Part shown: positions 48,977-62,379 of the stretch, piece after piece | How the letters are laid out: each line of letters starts with the position of its first letter | Position numbering within the stretch: the first letter of the stretch is position 1 | Assembly: GCF_009834535.1 (NCBI RefSeq) | Contig: NC_045698.1 | Location: 2,048,001 to 2,112,000, forward strand | Direction of reading: 5' to 3' | DNA: 64,000 nt | Source of the DNA: Camelus ferus | Taxonomy: Eukaryota | Translations under genes and position numbers: made by a program | The notes under the pieces: generated by a model | The model's input: only the letters and a program-made list of their open reading frames with translations | What the model was told of the DNA's origin: nothing | The model's database searches: none

Positions 48977-51900
48977 GCTTCTGGAGCAGGGGGCGAGCTG
49001 TGATCCAGCCTTCTCTGTCGTAGCGGGTTGGGCTAGAAGATCCCTCTTCTGCTGGATGAACAGGGTGAGAACATGCTCCCTCCCGAGCGCCTTGGTTTCT
49101 CACCAATGGGGTGTGTCCCCAGTCGGGGGCATCCTTCCGCCCCCGCGGCCTGCAGAAGCCAGCAGGCCTGTCCATTGGGGTCCGGTTTGCTCAGTGGATT
49201 CACATTTGCCTAAAGGAGAATGTTGAGTGGAGCGTCAGAACCTGTCTGGAGGGATCCTTGTCCCAGAGTCAGAGCCGAGACATGGGCCAGGGTGTTCCAG
49301 GTGCAGCGAAACTGGGCCCTTCTCTCTGAGACACGGAAGCCAGCCCTCCAGTCACCTACACTGCCGTTTGTACAAATAATAAAGTAGTCAACCCAGTGAC
49401 ACATTTGCTCTCACACACGGAGAGCATGGGCTGTGGTGTCAGGAGAATCCGTTTTCAAAGCACCTGCAGACTCACGGAGGCTGGCAGAGCCAGGCAAGGT
49501 CAGGACGGGGAGGCAGGCACCTCTCTCTAGCAACGGCGATCCTAAGGCTGCTGGGTTTACCATTCAGTTCAGACGGTCATCCTCACCGGGGAGAGGAAGC
49601 GGGAGGGAAGGTTAGAAACAGCTAAGATACTGTCCCCTCACATGTTAGAAGCCCTCGCCAACACAAGGAACGAGCTGGGGGCAGGGAGACTGTGCTGCTG
49701 GCGGAAGGGGTCCTCCCTGCTGGTGGCCTCTGTGTCCAGCAGCCCAGTGCACAGTGACCCTGCCCTTAGTTGATCTGCAGGTAGATTCACAAGTCGGAGA
49801 GGCTACATCGGAACAAAGCGGGGCCCATGGGCAACACTCTGGAAGGTTAGCTCCAGTTACTGCTGGTAACAGGTTCAAACTAAAAAAAATTTGAGGTGGA
49901 GCAGCGTTGGCCGGCAGAGCCACACCACTGGAATGAGGACGCCTGAAGCCAGTCGCAGTGCCCACTGGGTAAGCCTCCCGAGGGGAAACGGGAGACCTTC
50001 CGAGGAAAATGACCCTGCGAGACAGGAAGGCCTGCGGCGTCCCCACCACGGCAGCAGAGCGGGCCGGTGCCGATGGCTCTCTCACTCCTGGGTCATCTGG
50101 AACTCCACAGCATATCCCCAGGCTTGGCCCGTGTTCCCATCAGCCAAGGTGGCATCCGAGGGCGCTGGCCCCGGGGACCTTCTCACCTGGAGAATTCCAG
50201 CAGCTCGCCGGCCAGCCCTGCATCTGACACAGGTCATACCTGTATGTGCCTCAAGTGGTTGGCAGGTCCAGCCCATGGAGAGGACAGTCCACCTTCATGC
50301 ACCCACTGCTGGCACGCAAGGCCTGAGCCCCTGTCGTCCCCACCCACGTCAGGGCACCCAGTGCCCTGTGCTCTGGGGTCCCTGGGCTGCACCCCCATGG
50401 TCTCGGCCTAAGGAGGTGAGTGGGGAGCACCCAGGCTCAGCCCCCTGGGAAGCCCCACTCTGTGCTGTGTCCACACCAGGAGCACAGTTGTGGGTGGGCA
50501 GGGGGCCGCAGGTCTGCCTGGGAGTGGCCTCCTCTGTGACCAGCACTCTCTTGTCCCCCCGCCCAGCCCCGTGCTCCCCTGGGTGGCGGCTGCATTCGCT
50601 CCTCTGAAACCCTGTCTGGCAGGTCCCTGCTTTGGAGAAGGCTCGCATGGACTCTCAGACGTAAAGCCGCTTTTTCTCCACCAGCAGTCCCAGATCCATA
50701 CCGGACAGAACTTTCAAACAGGGTTCCAGAGTTTTCCAGGGGAACCCGCACCAGCCCCTCCCTCCAGCTGTGGACCTGCCCTCCTCCTCTTGCTCTGGCT
50801 TGGATGCATCTGGAGACTTCCTGGGTCCCTCTCCAGTATGGCCGAACACCTGCGGGCTGATTCGGGGACACCTTGTTCAGATGGACAGGGTCCCCCGGAT
50901 CCTTGCCTCCGAACCCCCGCATCTGAGATGTTGTGTTATCAACAGCCTCAGTCCCGGGATTCCCAGAAAGGGACTTTGGTTCTGAAAAATCCATACCTGG
51001 GGTGTCACTGGAATCAGACAGAGTGGCCTGTGCAGAGCTGACAATCTATCTAGAATACTCTGTAAAATCTCAGATGCTATTTGTAAACAGAAATAACTGC
51101 ACAGGCCAAATCAGGCAAGTTCAGAGGAGACAAGACGCGGAGGCTTTGATAATGGAACTGCTCAAAAGCAGCATCTGTGCATTACTGCATCTACAAGTAT
51201 GTACATTTCTGTACGTATACACACGGCAAATAGACTGGAAGACAGATGACAGGTTACTACTTTTGAGATCTCATTCAAATATAAAAGCAGTGAATGAGTA
51301 GAAACCAAGCCCCAGCACTGCAGTAAAAGGGGTGGAGGCCTCCGTGAGGGCTTCCGGGAATTCCGGGACCTTGGGGTTTTACACCGCTGCGCCTCCAGCT
51401 CAACGCCGCCGTGGTCCGACGTGTCCTTGCTTTAAAGGTAATTCTAAAAGAGTGCACAGCCTGCATTATGGAATTCACAAGTTGAGTGTAGAAAGTGTGA
51501 ATTTCTTGTCAATATGAATATACTAAGTAACACATAATGACATGATAGAATTTTCAGGAAAAAAGGAATCAGCACATAAAAGTGGCATCACTTAGATTCA
51601 GTCGCAGGTAAAATTTTACTGCATCTCGTTCCTTTATTTCGCATGTTCTTTTGTTTCTAATCTTTTAAACAAGGTACTAACCTGGTAAGTACGTTTTTAT
51701 ATCTTGTTTTTTTTTCCCTTAAACGTTAGCAGATGTAATTATGTGCACATATTAACCGTCTTACTGAATAGTGTAAATAGTTAGGGTAGCATGTTTTCTT
51801 CTCTGTATGGCTTCAGTTACATTCTGTAAGTTTTGGGTGAAATTTTCTTGTTTTTGTTCGTTTCTACGCCATTTATAAATCTCAGATTTCAGTCCAGTTT

Positions 51901-52827
51901 GGTCCTAGAGGTATTTAGAGGAGGTGCTCCCCTGTCCTGGTCTTGTTTTTACTGCTTCCAGGTTTTCTGCACGTGATAAAAGAGTGCAGTCTAGAATCTC
52001 CAGACTCAAGGCCACGTGAGTGCTGGAGGGGGACGGGCTGGGGACGCGCGTACGACTCTTAGCCCTGAGAACAGGAAACATTTAGGAAGCTTCATATGAT
52101 CGCTGTTTGGTTGTAAGTAAAATGAAATACAGGCCCTACGGAGTGCAGACTTCCCCTGTGAATGTCAGTCTCTGTCAGTCTGTCCGTCGCTCTTCAAAAT
52201 TAAACGTGTGTGTGTGCTGCTGTGATAACTGCCGAATTATTTGTCAAAAATCCAAAGAGATGTTACAGTTTCCCTGTATGATGGCAGTTTTTCACCTGCT
52301 CCTTAGACGACGTTTAAGAGATCTTGCCTTTTGTGTCTCTCTGCCATGTTGCTGAATGCCTGAAATCCATGATTAAATCGCTTACAGATCCGAGTTACGG
52401 CCGTGAAACGCCACCTCCCTGGCCCCGGGAGTTTGCAGAGTCCACTCTGTGATGCTCCCCAGGAGCTACCTTTACCTATTTTGAACGCACAGGTTTACGT
52501 GTATTTTTTCTCGAGCTAAAGTTTATACCCACGTCCCCAGCCTTTCTCTCCTCCAGGATTTCAGAATATTGTTACCTCGACTTTCTCCTTTCTTCCCAGT
52601 TTGAATTGATGTAGATCAGAATGCTCTTCCACATATTTTTTATTGTAGCATTTTCATCCATTTCTAGTGTGATTTCTCAACCACTGCATTGCAGTTCATA
52701 ACTACGTTGTCACCACGCGATGACAATCGACAAGCCACGTGTGCTTTCACGCTTACAACCTGGCCCTGACACTGCACGACAAGGACATACACTTATGGAG
52801 TTAATTTTTATTGGAGTTAAGAATTTT

Positions 52828-52880
52828 ACCCCAGAAGTTGACACAGCATTGTAAACTGACTATACTTCAATTAAAAAAAA
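52828..52880 (+). mobile_element. Very short L1 3' end
   Basis: 'accccagaagttgacacagcattgtaaactgactatacttcaattaaaaaaaa' has the same terminus as the other L1 copies. Confidence 0.8.
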
Positions 52881-52979
52881 TTATCTTACATGACTTTTTT
52901 CCCTAAAGTTTACGCAGGTTTCTGAAACCACACGCCACACAATATCCTCTCTTGCTCTGCTGTGAGTAGTGACCAGGAT

Positions 52980-54760
52980 GAGATGGAATCCCATGGTCGC
53001 TGCCACCTTTTCTGGATTCCCGTTTTGCAGATTAGAAGTCTGGACTCCCACGGCACTGTGGTGTGAGGTGAAGTCGAGGTTATGGCCGCACCATTTGTTG
53101 AGAAAATTACCCTTCCCAGTGAAATGTCCTTGTGCCTTTGTCGAAAATAGTTGACCATACATATGTGAATCTATTTCTGGATTCTCTGTTATGTTCCACT
53201 TGTTTACCTTTATGCAAATTCAGCACTATTTTGATTATGGATTTATAATAAATTTTGAATTAAGATAGCATGTTTTCCAACTTTGTTCTTTTACAAATTC
53301 CTTTGGCTATTTTAGATCTTTTGCATTTCCATATAAATTTAGAATTAACTTGTCAAATTCTATGTAAAAACATGCTGGGATTTTGGCTGGATTTGTGCTG
53401 ATACAATGACTAATTTTGGAGGAACTGACATCTTAACAGTCTCAAGTCTCTGATCCGCGAGCATGGTGTCTCTCTCCATTTATTTAGGTCTGCAGTTTTT
53501 TCCCAGCAATGTTTTCTGGTTTTTACATGTCTAACATAACTTTTGTCAAATTGATCTCTTTTTTGTTTTCATACTTTCAATGCTACAGTAAATCTTCTTC
53601 AATTTCTGATTTTTTTGTGGCTCCCTGAATTTTGCAATCTTGCTAAACCCAGTTAAAGTCCTAATACCTTTTTGTACATTTCTCAGAACTTTCTGCATAA
53701 ATGATACTTGTAAGTAAAAAAGAATTTTGCTTTCTTCATCCCCCTCATGCTTTTATTTCTTTTTTTTTTCTGAAGTCACTGTGAAGACGTCTGTAATAAT
53801 GTTGAACCCAAGACGTGAGAGTGGGATCCTTGCCCTTTCCTGATCTTATGTAGAAAATACTCATTTCTCCACCATTAGCAATGAAGTTGGCTGTAGGTTT
53901 TTAAAATTCCCATTTCTAGGTTGAGGAATTTTTTTTCCTATTTCTATTTTGCTGAAAGTTTTACAAAGAAAACGTTGAGTTTTTCAAATGCTTTTTCTGC
54001 ATCTATTGAGACAATTATGTATTTTGAAATGTTTATTAACCACACAGATTTATTTTTCAAATAAAAACCAAACTTGCATTCCTACTTAGTCATGATCTTT
54101 CAACATTTTTATATTTTTTTTACTTGATTTAATAAAATTTTGCTAAAAATATTTGCATCTAATTTCTTGAAAGGTATGGAACTGTAGTTTTATTTTTTCT
54201 GGTATTTTGTCTGATTATAGTATCAGAATGAAGCCGGCGTCATGCTGGATGAGTTTGTATAGAGCAGGCATTATTTCTTCCTTTAACATTCTTTTGAATT
54301 CACCAGTGAAGCCATGTGGACCTGGAGTTGCCTTTGTGGGAAGATTTTTAAGTACAAGTTCAATTTCTGCAAAAGACACAGGGCTGTTTAAGTTATGATT
54401 CTTCTTATGTGAGCTTTGCTATTTTGTATCTTTCAATATTTTATATTTTTCAAGAAATATGTTCAGTTAATCTAAGTCATCAAATTCACCGCTACAGAGT
54501 CATTCATAATATTCCATTATATCTTTTTGTTGTTTGTTGGGTCAGTAGTAATGCCCCCTTTGTCATTCGTGATGTTACTAATTTGTATCTTTCCTCTTTT
54601 TCCTGAGCAGTGTTGCTAGAGATTTATCAATTTCATGGATCTTCTCAAGAAACCAGCCTTTGGTTTAATTGATTTTCTTTATTGATTTCCTGTTTTTTGT
54701 TTCATTGATTTCTGCTCATATGCTTATTATTTCCTTTTTCTGTTCTACTTTGGTGTTAGA
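52980..54760 (-). mobile_element. Ancient L1 ORF2-region fragment (antisense, non-coding)
   Basis: Classic antisense L1 phrases: 'gcaccatttgttgagaaa...cctttgtcgaaaatagttgaccata...tctatttctggattctctgtt', 'ttccatataaattttagaatt', 'aattcaccagtgaagccatgtggacctggag', 'tcttctcaagaaaccagcctttggttt'. Confidence 0.85.
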
Positions 54761-55444
54761 ATTACTTCCTTTGTTACACACGAGTGAAACCAGACACCAG
54801 CACCTGATTTCAGGACCCCTCTTTCTCCACACTCCTTCACCTCTGGGAGGCCTGCCTCCCCCGACCACCACCACTTCCCTCATCATTCGCGTTGTCACTT
54901 TGCTATTCTTGGTGACCTGCCTCCCTTATGTGGGGCTTGTGTCCTTGAACTGTCTGCTTTTCTGTGCCTGATGGACACAGCGGCCCAGGTGGGTGGGACA
55001 GAGACACAGGTAAGACGGTTCAGAGCTGATGCCCATAGCAATATTTATTTTTGAGAATTAGTACTTGATAAAAGGACATGAATCACACATTGTGAAGACC
55101 TGAGGGAACCTGAGGAGAAGTGCAAAGTGACAACTGTTTGAAATAAGAAGAAATACTTAACAAATGAATGGCTAAGTCAAATCCCACGTGTGGCAGTTCC
55201 CTGATCGTAAATGCCAAGCCTGTAGATGACTCCAGCGCACGACTCGGGGGGAAGGGAGACGGAGACGCCTTCCCCTGTCATCAGAGACGGGCCATCGCCT
55301 CCCCCGGGAGCCTCCACACCCCACCTTCTGGAGACCTGCGAGCTTTCTCTCCTGGGGCCGCCATGTTCTGATGCAGGCAGACCCTCTCGGGGCAGTGACA
55401 GCCACTCCACCAGGGTGAGAAAAGTGCTGGCCTGAACATCAAGT

Positions 55445-55630
55445 TCAGAGAGAAGATGGTGGAGGAAAGAATGAAGAACTTAGAGAACTAGCAACGGAAA
55501 TTATGAAACTGAAATGACACAAGACCACTTACAACAGCATCAAAAATGCAACATTTAGGGATAAATGTAACACAGGTTGTAAGCTCTGAGTGGAAACCAC
55601 AGAACATAGTGGAGAGAAATGCTGAAGGGG
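55445..55630 (+). mobile_element. Old L1 fragment(s), sense
   Basis: 'ccacttacaacagcatcaaaaatgcaacatttagggataaatgtaaca...gaaaccacagaacatagtggagagaaat' resembles L1 ORF2 sequence. Confidence 0.5.
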
Positions 55631-58514
55631 CTAAGGATGCACTGTATTCTATGAGGGATCTCGTGTGCTGGAAAGTGAGTGAACCTGAGAAAGCAGGTCA
55701 CCAACGCTCAGTGTCCTGGGTGCCTGTTGGGAGCACTGAGGTGACGGGAGAGAGGAAACCATGCTGGCACGTGAAGTACTGATGGAGACCTGGGGTTTTG
55801 GTGGGCGAGTTGATGGGGTTTCCTAATCCGAGGCAGGAGGAGATGCTGTGGCAGGCATTCTGGGTAGTGGTGTCTCCTCGCCAACGACTGCAGGGAAAGA
55901 AAGGTCCACGGGCTGCGCCAGCACGCCCACCTTCCATCGCCAGGGTCCCCGCACACACGAGGTGCCTGTCCGTGGTTCCTCCCCCACGTCTCAGCGCAGG
56001 GAGGGCAGCCTTCCTCTCCTTTGTGGACGCGGGGTAACTGAAGTAGGCTTGGAAACTGATATTCCTCCAGCCTCGACCATTTCCCAGCAGGTGCTAAAGC
56101 AGGGACCTTCCTTGTTCACTTGGGAGAAGCCCCACGACCTGGAAATGATGGGTGGATAATTTGCTGATTCCTGTGTGTTCATGCAGCTGAGGGACCCATG
56201 GGTCCATCTATCTCTCCAGTATTTTATCCTCGATGCAAACACAGAGGCAGAATGGAGGGGCTCTTCTGTGAATACTTGAGGAACAGAAAACAGCCAGCCA
56301 GGTGAGAGAAGAGGCAAGCTAGAAGAAAAAGAACACTTTCCAAATTCCAAAAAACAATTTGGTGTAGGTACAAGCCAGGATGTATTAAATTCTCAAGACT
56401 GTAAGCCTTGATATGAGTAACCATTGAGTTCGTTCAGACTGACTTTATATAAATCGTCAACACTGAGTTGTTTGATGGGTTTTAAAAACATGATTTATTT
56501 TTACCCAAATTCAAAATGGAACAAACAGCACTCCTCACTCTCATGTGAAAGTCTCCAACAGCTTGCAGCTTTTTGAACACCATAGTAGAAGCTAAATACG
56601 ATTTAGTTGCTTTGTTGAACAATCCTGTGATTCTGGAACACCACGAAAATTCCACCTAGGCTGGGGCGGTGAGAGGGCCTGGCTGGAGAGAGAGGGTGGG
56701 GCTGACATTTGTCCAGAATGACAGAGAGAAACAGACTTGGAAAGAGGACTGAGGAGCAGTCGATTGGCCCGCTCTCCACGACTTCTGACTCAAAGAGAAG
56801 AGTGAGTGTCCCAGCTGAGACTGGGCTGCCGTCAGACATACGACCCTATACAAGGTGAAGAGCTGGGTCCAGCAGCCAGGACCCTTCGCCTGGGCGGAGG
56901 GCTCCCTGCGACTGGGAAGGACGCATGAGTCCAGGTGCTGGGCTGAGCTGGGCTGCCCCATCAGCTGTGTCTCTCCACAAAGGCCACGGTGAGACCCCCT
57001 CAGCCCTGGGGATGTTGGTCACTCCTCTGACCGCCACGATTCACCCCCATGGAAAGCTGGACCTGAAAACATTGGACTGATTCCTGTGGTCGATCTCAGC
57101 AGTCCAGGATAAATCAGGACAAGCTTCAGACCAAGGTCTGCCCGTGGTCCCCCTCAGTCCATCCATGCGTGCTCTGATGTTGCTAGGCGGATGGATGCTT
57201 TCAAATAAAATATTCTTTTATCCTCATGGATCAGGCTTTGACCCTACAAGGACAGTGACAGTGAAGCATCCTGTCACACCTCTGTCCACTCACCTGGAGC
57301 CCATCCTGAGGTGTGCTCTGGGCATGTTTGTGGCTGAAATGTCCCAGGAAGTGTGTCTGGTGATGGATGAAAATTTTTATTTTCAGTTTATGTTTGCTCG
57401 CTGTCCCCCGTCAAGAATGCATCTGGACGTGTTTCCAGCAGGTGAGGGCATCGGGGCAAATCCCTGGATGCAGCAATGTCGGCTAGTTGCTGGCCTGGAC
57501 CTGGACGCCCAAGGAGCCTTGGCGTGCTGTGAGCGCTGTCTGGGTCCCTGCGTCTCACCTGCCAAGTGTGGGGACCGAACCGATGGGACTCGGGGGGCTG
57601 GAAAGAAGTAAACGTGGTAGGACAGGAGCTTTCTCATTCATTTCACACCTCTTTAAAATCAGACGGTGACGCAAATAATTTTCTGGCTTTATCAACCCTC
57701 CTCAGTGCATCAGCTACACAGTGAGGTTCCTCTGCTTTCTTTCTGCCCCCAGAAAACCGGATTTGGGACAGGGGGGTTGAAGAGGAAAGGAGAAACTCGT
57801 GCGACCGGGCGATGGGACTCGTGCTGGGAGGAAGGAGCGCCGGGAGCTGCAGCCCTTTCTGTCCCTGGAGGCTCAGCCCCGCCACCCACACGGGGGTGTG
57901 GGGGGGGGACACGCGTGCCTTCAGCAGCGGCCCTCACCCGGCTGCTTCTGGAACCATTTGGTTATTCAGATGAGGACGCTCAGGCCTTCATGTTTGACTG
58001 CACTGCTGTCTACAAATCAGGTGAAGAGAGAGTCAGGGTTTGTTGCCAACAGGGTCCCTGAAGAGCCCTCAGAGAAAAACCGGGAAGGCCCGTCTTCAGC
58101 CTGGCTCTGCCGCAGGCTCCCCTGGGGCCCAGAAAGCTTCTCTCACCTGCCTTGGCCTTGGCCTGCCTGCCCACGAAACTGAGGCAGGTGGACAAGCTGA
58201 CCACCCCCACTTCACCAGCCGGAAAAATAATACCCCGCAGCTTTATGCCTTGGAGATGTTCCTTCTGGAGCATGTGTGTGTTCAGGAAACAGATCTCGCT
58301 CATGTGAAAGAGAGCAGCATACTTGCCGCTCAAAATGGTTACCTACATGATTCGCAGAAACACAATGTCGATGGCGGGAAAGAAAGCTCTCCTCGTGAGA
58401 ATTAATTGCAGATTTTGGAGAATAAGACAGAATGAGACAGTTTGGGCCCGTTCTACTGGCATAGAACCCAGTCTTCAAGAATTCGTTTCTGTCAAGATCA
58501 TCAAAACAGTGATT

Positions 58515-58630
58515 AAAAAAGAGAACTTGAAAAGGAACATATATGCAGAAATGGATCACTATGCTGCACATCAGAAATTAACACAACAGTGTCACTCGAC
58601 TATACGTTGATAAAAATAAATTAAAAAAAA
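58515..58630 (+). mobile_element. 5'-truncated L1 3' end
   Basis: 'gaaaaggaacatatatg...atcactatgctgcacatcagaaattaacacaacagtgtcactcgactatacgttgataaaaataaattaaaaaaaaa'. Confidence 0.75.
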
Positions 58631-59033
58631 ATTTTAACAGTAGAGATGAGGAAACATGCAGGGCTGGGTCTCTGGTAGCAGAGCAAAGTGCCGTGGTCCT
58701 TCTGTCTGGGAGACTGGAGAGCTGTTCCTTTAACAGAGATGCTGTAAGTCACGGCACCCGTCTCTAATAGTTGTCACCCATCCCTCTGCTCTAAGAGAGC
58801 CACATCTCATCTTCTGCGTGAAGGCTTTGTGGCTGCTGCCCTGGCACTGGAGATAAATCAGCACATCATATCATGAAATCAGATACCACGATGGCATACA
58901 GACAGATCGAAACCTCTTGTGGGAAAGATTCTACCAAATCCCAGCATTCCGTGCACCAGCCCACGTGCTCTAACCCAGCTCAGCGATTTTCCTAGACTCT
59001 GTTAGACGTAGACAGACTGCAAGAGGGAACACT

Positions 59034-59059
59034 GAAGCCTAATTAAGAAGCCTAATTAA
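59034..59059. repeat. 13-bp perfect tandem duplication
   Basis: gaagcctaattaa x2. Confidence 0.9.
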
Positions 59060-59236
59060 GAAACCACACAAATGAGCACTTCTGGTTCTCAGGAGGGCTC
59101 ACCAAACAGCTCGCCAAGGACCAGAGCCTAATAAACCAGGCAAACAGGCAGGAAAGCCAGGCCAGGTCTGATATAACTTACCAGTCTGCCTTTGAGGAAA
59201 GCACACTTTCATTTTTTGAATTAAAATTTGGGTTGT

Positions 59237-59394
59237 TACTGTATAGCACAGGGAACTACATTCAGTATCCTGCAATGATCTATAATGAAAAAGAATGTGA
59301 AAAGGACTGTGTATACGTGTAACTAAATCACTATGCTGTGTACCTGAAATTGGCACAACGTTGTAAACCAACTACACCTCAATTAAAAAAAAAA
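59237..59394 (+). mobile_element. 5'-truncated L1 3' end
   Basis: 'tactgtatagcacagggaactacattcagtatcc...aatcactatgctgtgtacctgaaattggcacaacgttgtaaaccaactacacctcaattaaaaaaaaaa'. Degenerate TSD: aaaatttgggttgt / agaatttggactgt. Confidence 0.88.
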
Positions 59395-61192
59395 GAAGAA
59401 GAGAGAATTTGGACTGTATTTGTCAAGAGAACACCACATAGTCCATACTGAAAATAAGAGTTTTCATTATCACAGCCACATACACGCATGGTCTTAAAAT
59501 GCTCAGTTTGCTCTATGAAAGTCAAATAATTAAGTACTTTATTCTGACGGAAAAAGGTGATCAACATAAAGAAGCAATTGCCTGATGTATCTCCGTGTAA
59601 ATCAAATTGTGTGTTAAACAGCAGCGGAATTAAACAAGGAGATACGACTAACACAATTATTCACAATCTTGCCCTTTCATTTTCTTTGAGGGATAAAAAT
59701 CGAAGACTGTCTTGCCTCACACAACTCATGATTTTACCACACGTGACTCACGGAAATTCATGTCAGATAACGTAGCATCAACGCCATGTTTGCCACATCC
59801 ACCACGGCGCCCAGCCAGGCGCCCGGCGTGGGCGGACGGCGAATGATCACCTTCCCTTTAAGGCTTTATGTATGTTGTTGTACGTAATATTTTCAAAAGC
59901 CTCAAAATCTAACCACACACAGCAGGCACTTCCTAGCAGCAGAGTCCCCGTGCCGACCTGACAGAGGTCTCAGTTCTAAGAGCAAATCACTGTGTTCCCG
60001 TGGAAATTCACTTGAGCACGTCTACCAGTCTGCAATCCATACAATTAATCGCCAGGAAGGCGCATTTACACTGAAGATGGCAAAAGTCAGTTAGTTCTGG
60101 AGATTCCGGGGGTTCCCGCGTTATCACACCCAATCACATCAGAAACCGGTTTTCAATGCGTTTCTCAAAATTCCTCGTCTGATTTCTCATGTTCGGGGAG
60201 AGTCTAATTGGATTTTTAATCCTTGGCTAATCATGACACGCCAGCTTTCAGCGGACCCTGGAAAGTGCTTTCCACCAACCTATTATTTCAAGGCAAGCTC
60301 GACTGTAACCCGAATCAGTAGGAAAATAGTGCAGCAGCCCCTCCACCGCGTAGACGTTACAGGGAAACAATACGCGCCTTTCTCCACCAGCAGGCCGCCC
60401 GCCTTTGAAGCAGCTCTGAAATAATGGACGCCACTGGCTGTTTTCTCCTGGTTCCTGCGTTTCAATACCAGGCTTGTCTCCTCTGTTTGTCTTCAGCTAA
60501 TTGCCTCAAGATCTAATAAGTTAGTGATGATGGCTTCTGCGTCCAGAAACCCAGCCCAGGAAAGATCGCATCGCACAGCAGTGGGGGGGGGGGGGGGCGC
60601 TCAGGGATGCCTTCTCCCCGCGGCCGCCCTTCCTGGCTCCCGTGAGGGGCAGCGCCCAGCGGCGACGGGGCTGGGACCTGTACGGGTCCGCAAGGGGCCA
60701 GCTTCCCTGCGGAGAGGCAGAAGGCCTTGTCACCAGCCCGCTCCGCCGGGTTGGGAAGTCATAACGCGGGGGCCATCACGCCGCCCTTTTTTGAGACCCA
60801 TTACAGGAAAATTCAACTTTGATGAGAACTTTAATCTGGTTGTCTTTCTTCCCGTGGAAGACGCTTTCCTGAAGTTTTATCCAATGTTCTTCCCTCCTCA
60901 GGGCAACTGAGCCTAATGAAGGAAATCACAGGGCCGGAGCAGGAGGACGCAGTCGGGGAGCATGGGAGGCGGCTCGCCAGCCGGCACCGGTCAGAGAACA
61001 GCGTCTTCCCCTAAAAGGAAAACTCAAGGCTCTTTGTCAACACGATGGTGTTTAAACTCACATGCACAGCTTGGGGGAAAGCAGCCTTTGGACCTGAAAA
61101 CTAAAGCCCCGGCTCCAAGTGAGGAGGGATGTGTGTCTCAGACCAGGGCTGGGTGTAACCGCCGGTCTTGTCCCTCCTCAGAAACACACACC

Positions 61193-61662
61193 GCGTGTCC
61201 CAGGTCTGCGGGACAATGACCGCATCCTGGGGGGCCTACCACCCCAGAAAGGTGCCGTCTCAGTCTGGAGGCCGGAAGTCTCAGATCAAGGTGTGGCCGG
61301 GCCAAGCTCCCTCCCAAGGCTCCAGTGGAGGGTCCTTCCTGCCTCTTCCAGCTGCCGGAGCCCCAGGTGCTCTGGGCTTCTGGCCGCATCTCCCCGTCCT
61401 CCACCTCCTCCTACCCCTCCACGTGGCCTCCTCCCCTGTGTCTTCATCATCACGCGGTGTTCTCCTCTCTGTGTTTCTGTGTCCAAATTTCCCCGTCTTA
61501 CACAGCAGCAGTCACCGGGTCAGGCTCCACTAATCCAGTCTGAACTGAACTTGATTACTTACACAAAGTCCCTCTTTCTAAATAAGGTCACCTTCACAGG
61601 TACAGGGAGGGGGCGGTCAGGGCATTAGCGTGCCCTCTGGGGGACACAGCTCACCCCCAGGC
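61193..61662 (-). mobile_element. MLT1-type MaLR solo LTR
   Basis: 'cagtctggaggccggaagtctcagatcaaggtgtggccgggcc...tccttcctgcctcttccagct...gtccaaatttcccc...ttgattac...ccctctttctaaataaggtcaccttcacaggtac...gggggacacagctcaccc' is homologous to the 26221 copy. Confidence 0.85.
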
Positions 61663-62379
61663 ACACGGTGGAGAAAAGCTGCTCACTGATCCTCGGGTGA
61701 TATCCCCATGGGGCCCTGGTGTAGTCGCATGGAGGGGCCACCGTCTGGGGCGTCTCTCCTGTAGCTGGTCCTCCTTGGCCTCACGGCTGCCACGCTGGGC
61801 TTCACTCTGTCCTCAGTTTATGCCCAGGGTCTGGAGGAGTGTCTGGAGGGCTGACATGCCAACTCATCCTCTGTTTACATCTAGTTCTGGGTTCCTGGGT
61901 GTTGGGGGCTTGTGAGCAGAGATACAGAGCCAGCCTCACATTTGGGGGTCTTTCTAGGCCCGGCAATTCCGAGCCTCCCTTAAAACACCGCAAAGCACCG
62001 ATGCTTCCTCCGGGGGCGGCACTGAGTAGAGAGGGCACGTGGTTGGAGGGGTTAAACTGTTCAGCAAGACCGAGGTTTCCAGAAACCCTTTTCTAGGAAA
62101 TGCACCCCATCCCCCACTTTACACATGCTCTGCCCTCCTCCTCCCTCCCGTCCCCTCGTGCGCTGGCCAGTGCAGGAGGGTGGTCGGCATCTGGACACAG
62201 CGTAACTTAGCCATGTCGTAGTCCATTACTGGTGCAAGAATTCGGTCTTCTGTCTACGTCAGCTAGTTTTCCAATTGACAAGTGACCACTTTTCAGTTTC
62301 ATTATCACTTTTCTCAGTGTTTGGCAAATGCTTAGATTTAGATGCCCGAGTTTAATCTGAAAGGTTTACTGAGCTAAAT

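Noticed and set aside
48720..49226. Repetitive proteins (LLVGGV)n, (HQQDPA)n and (GGRGPA)n
   Set aside because: These are translations of an 18-bp VNTR that is open in every frame; there is no gene context.
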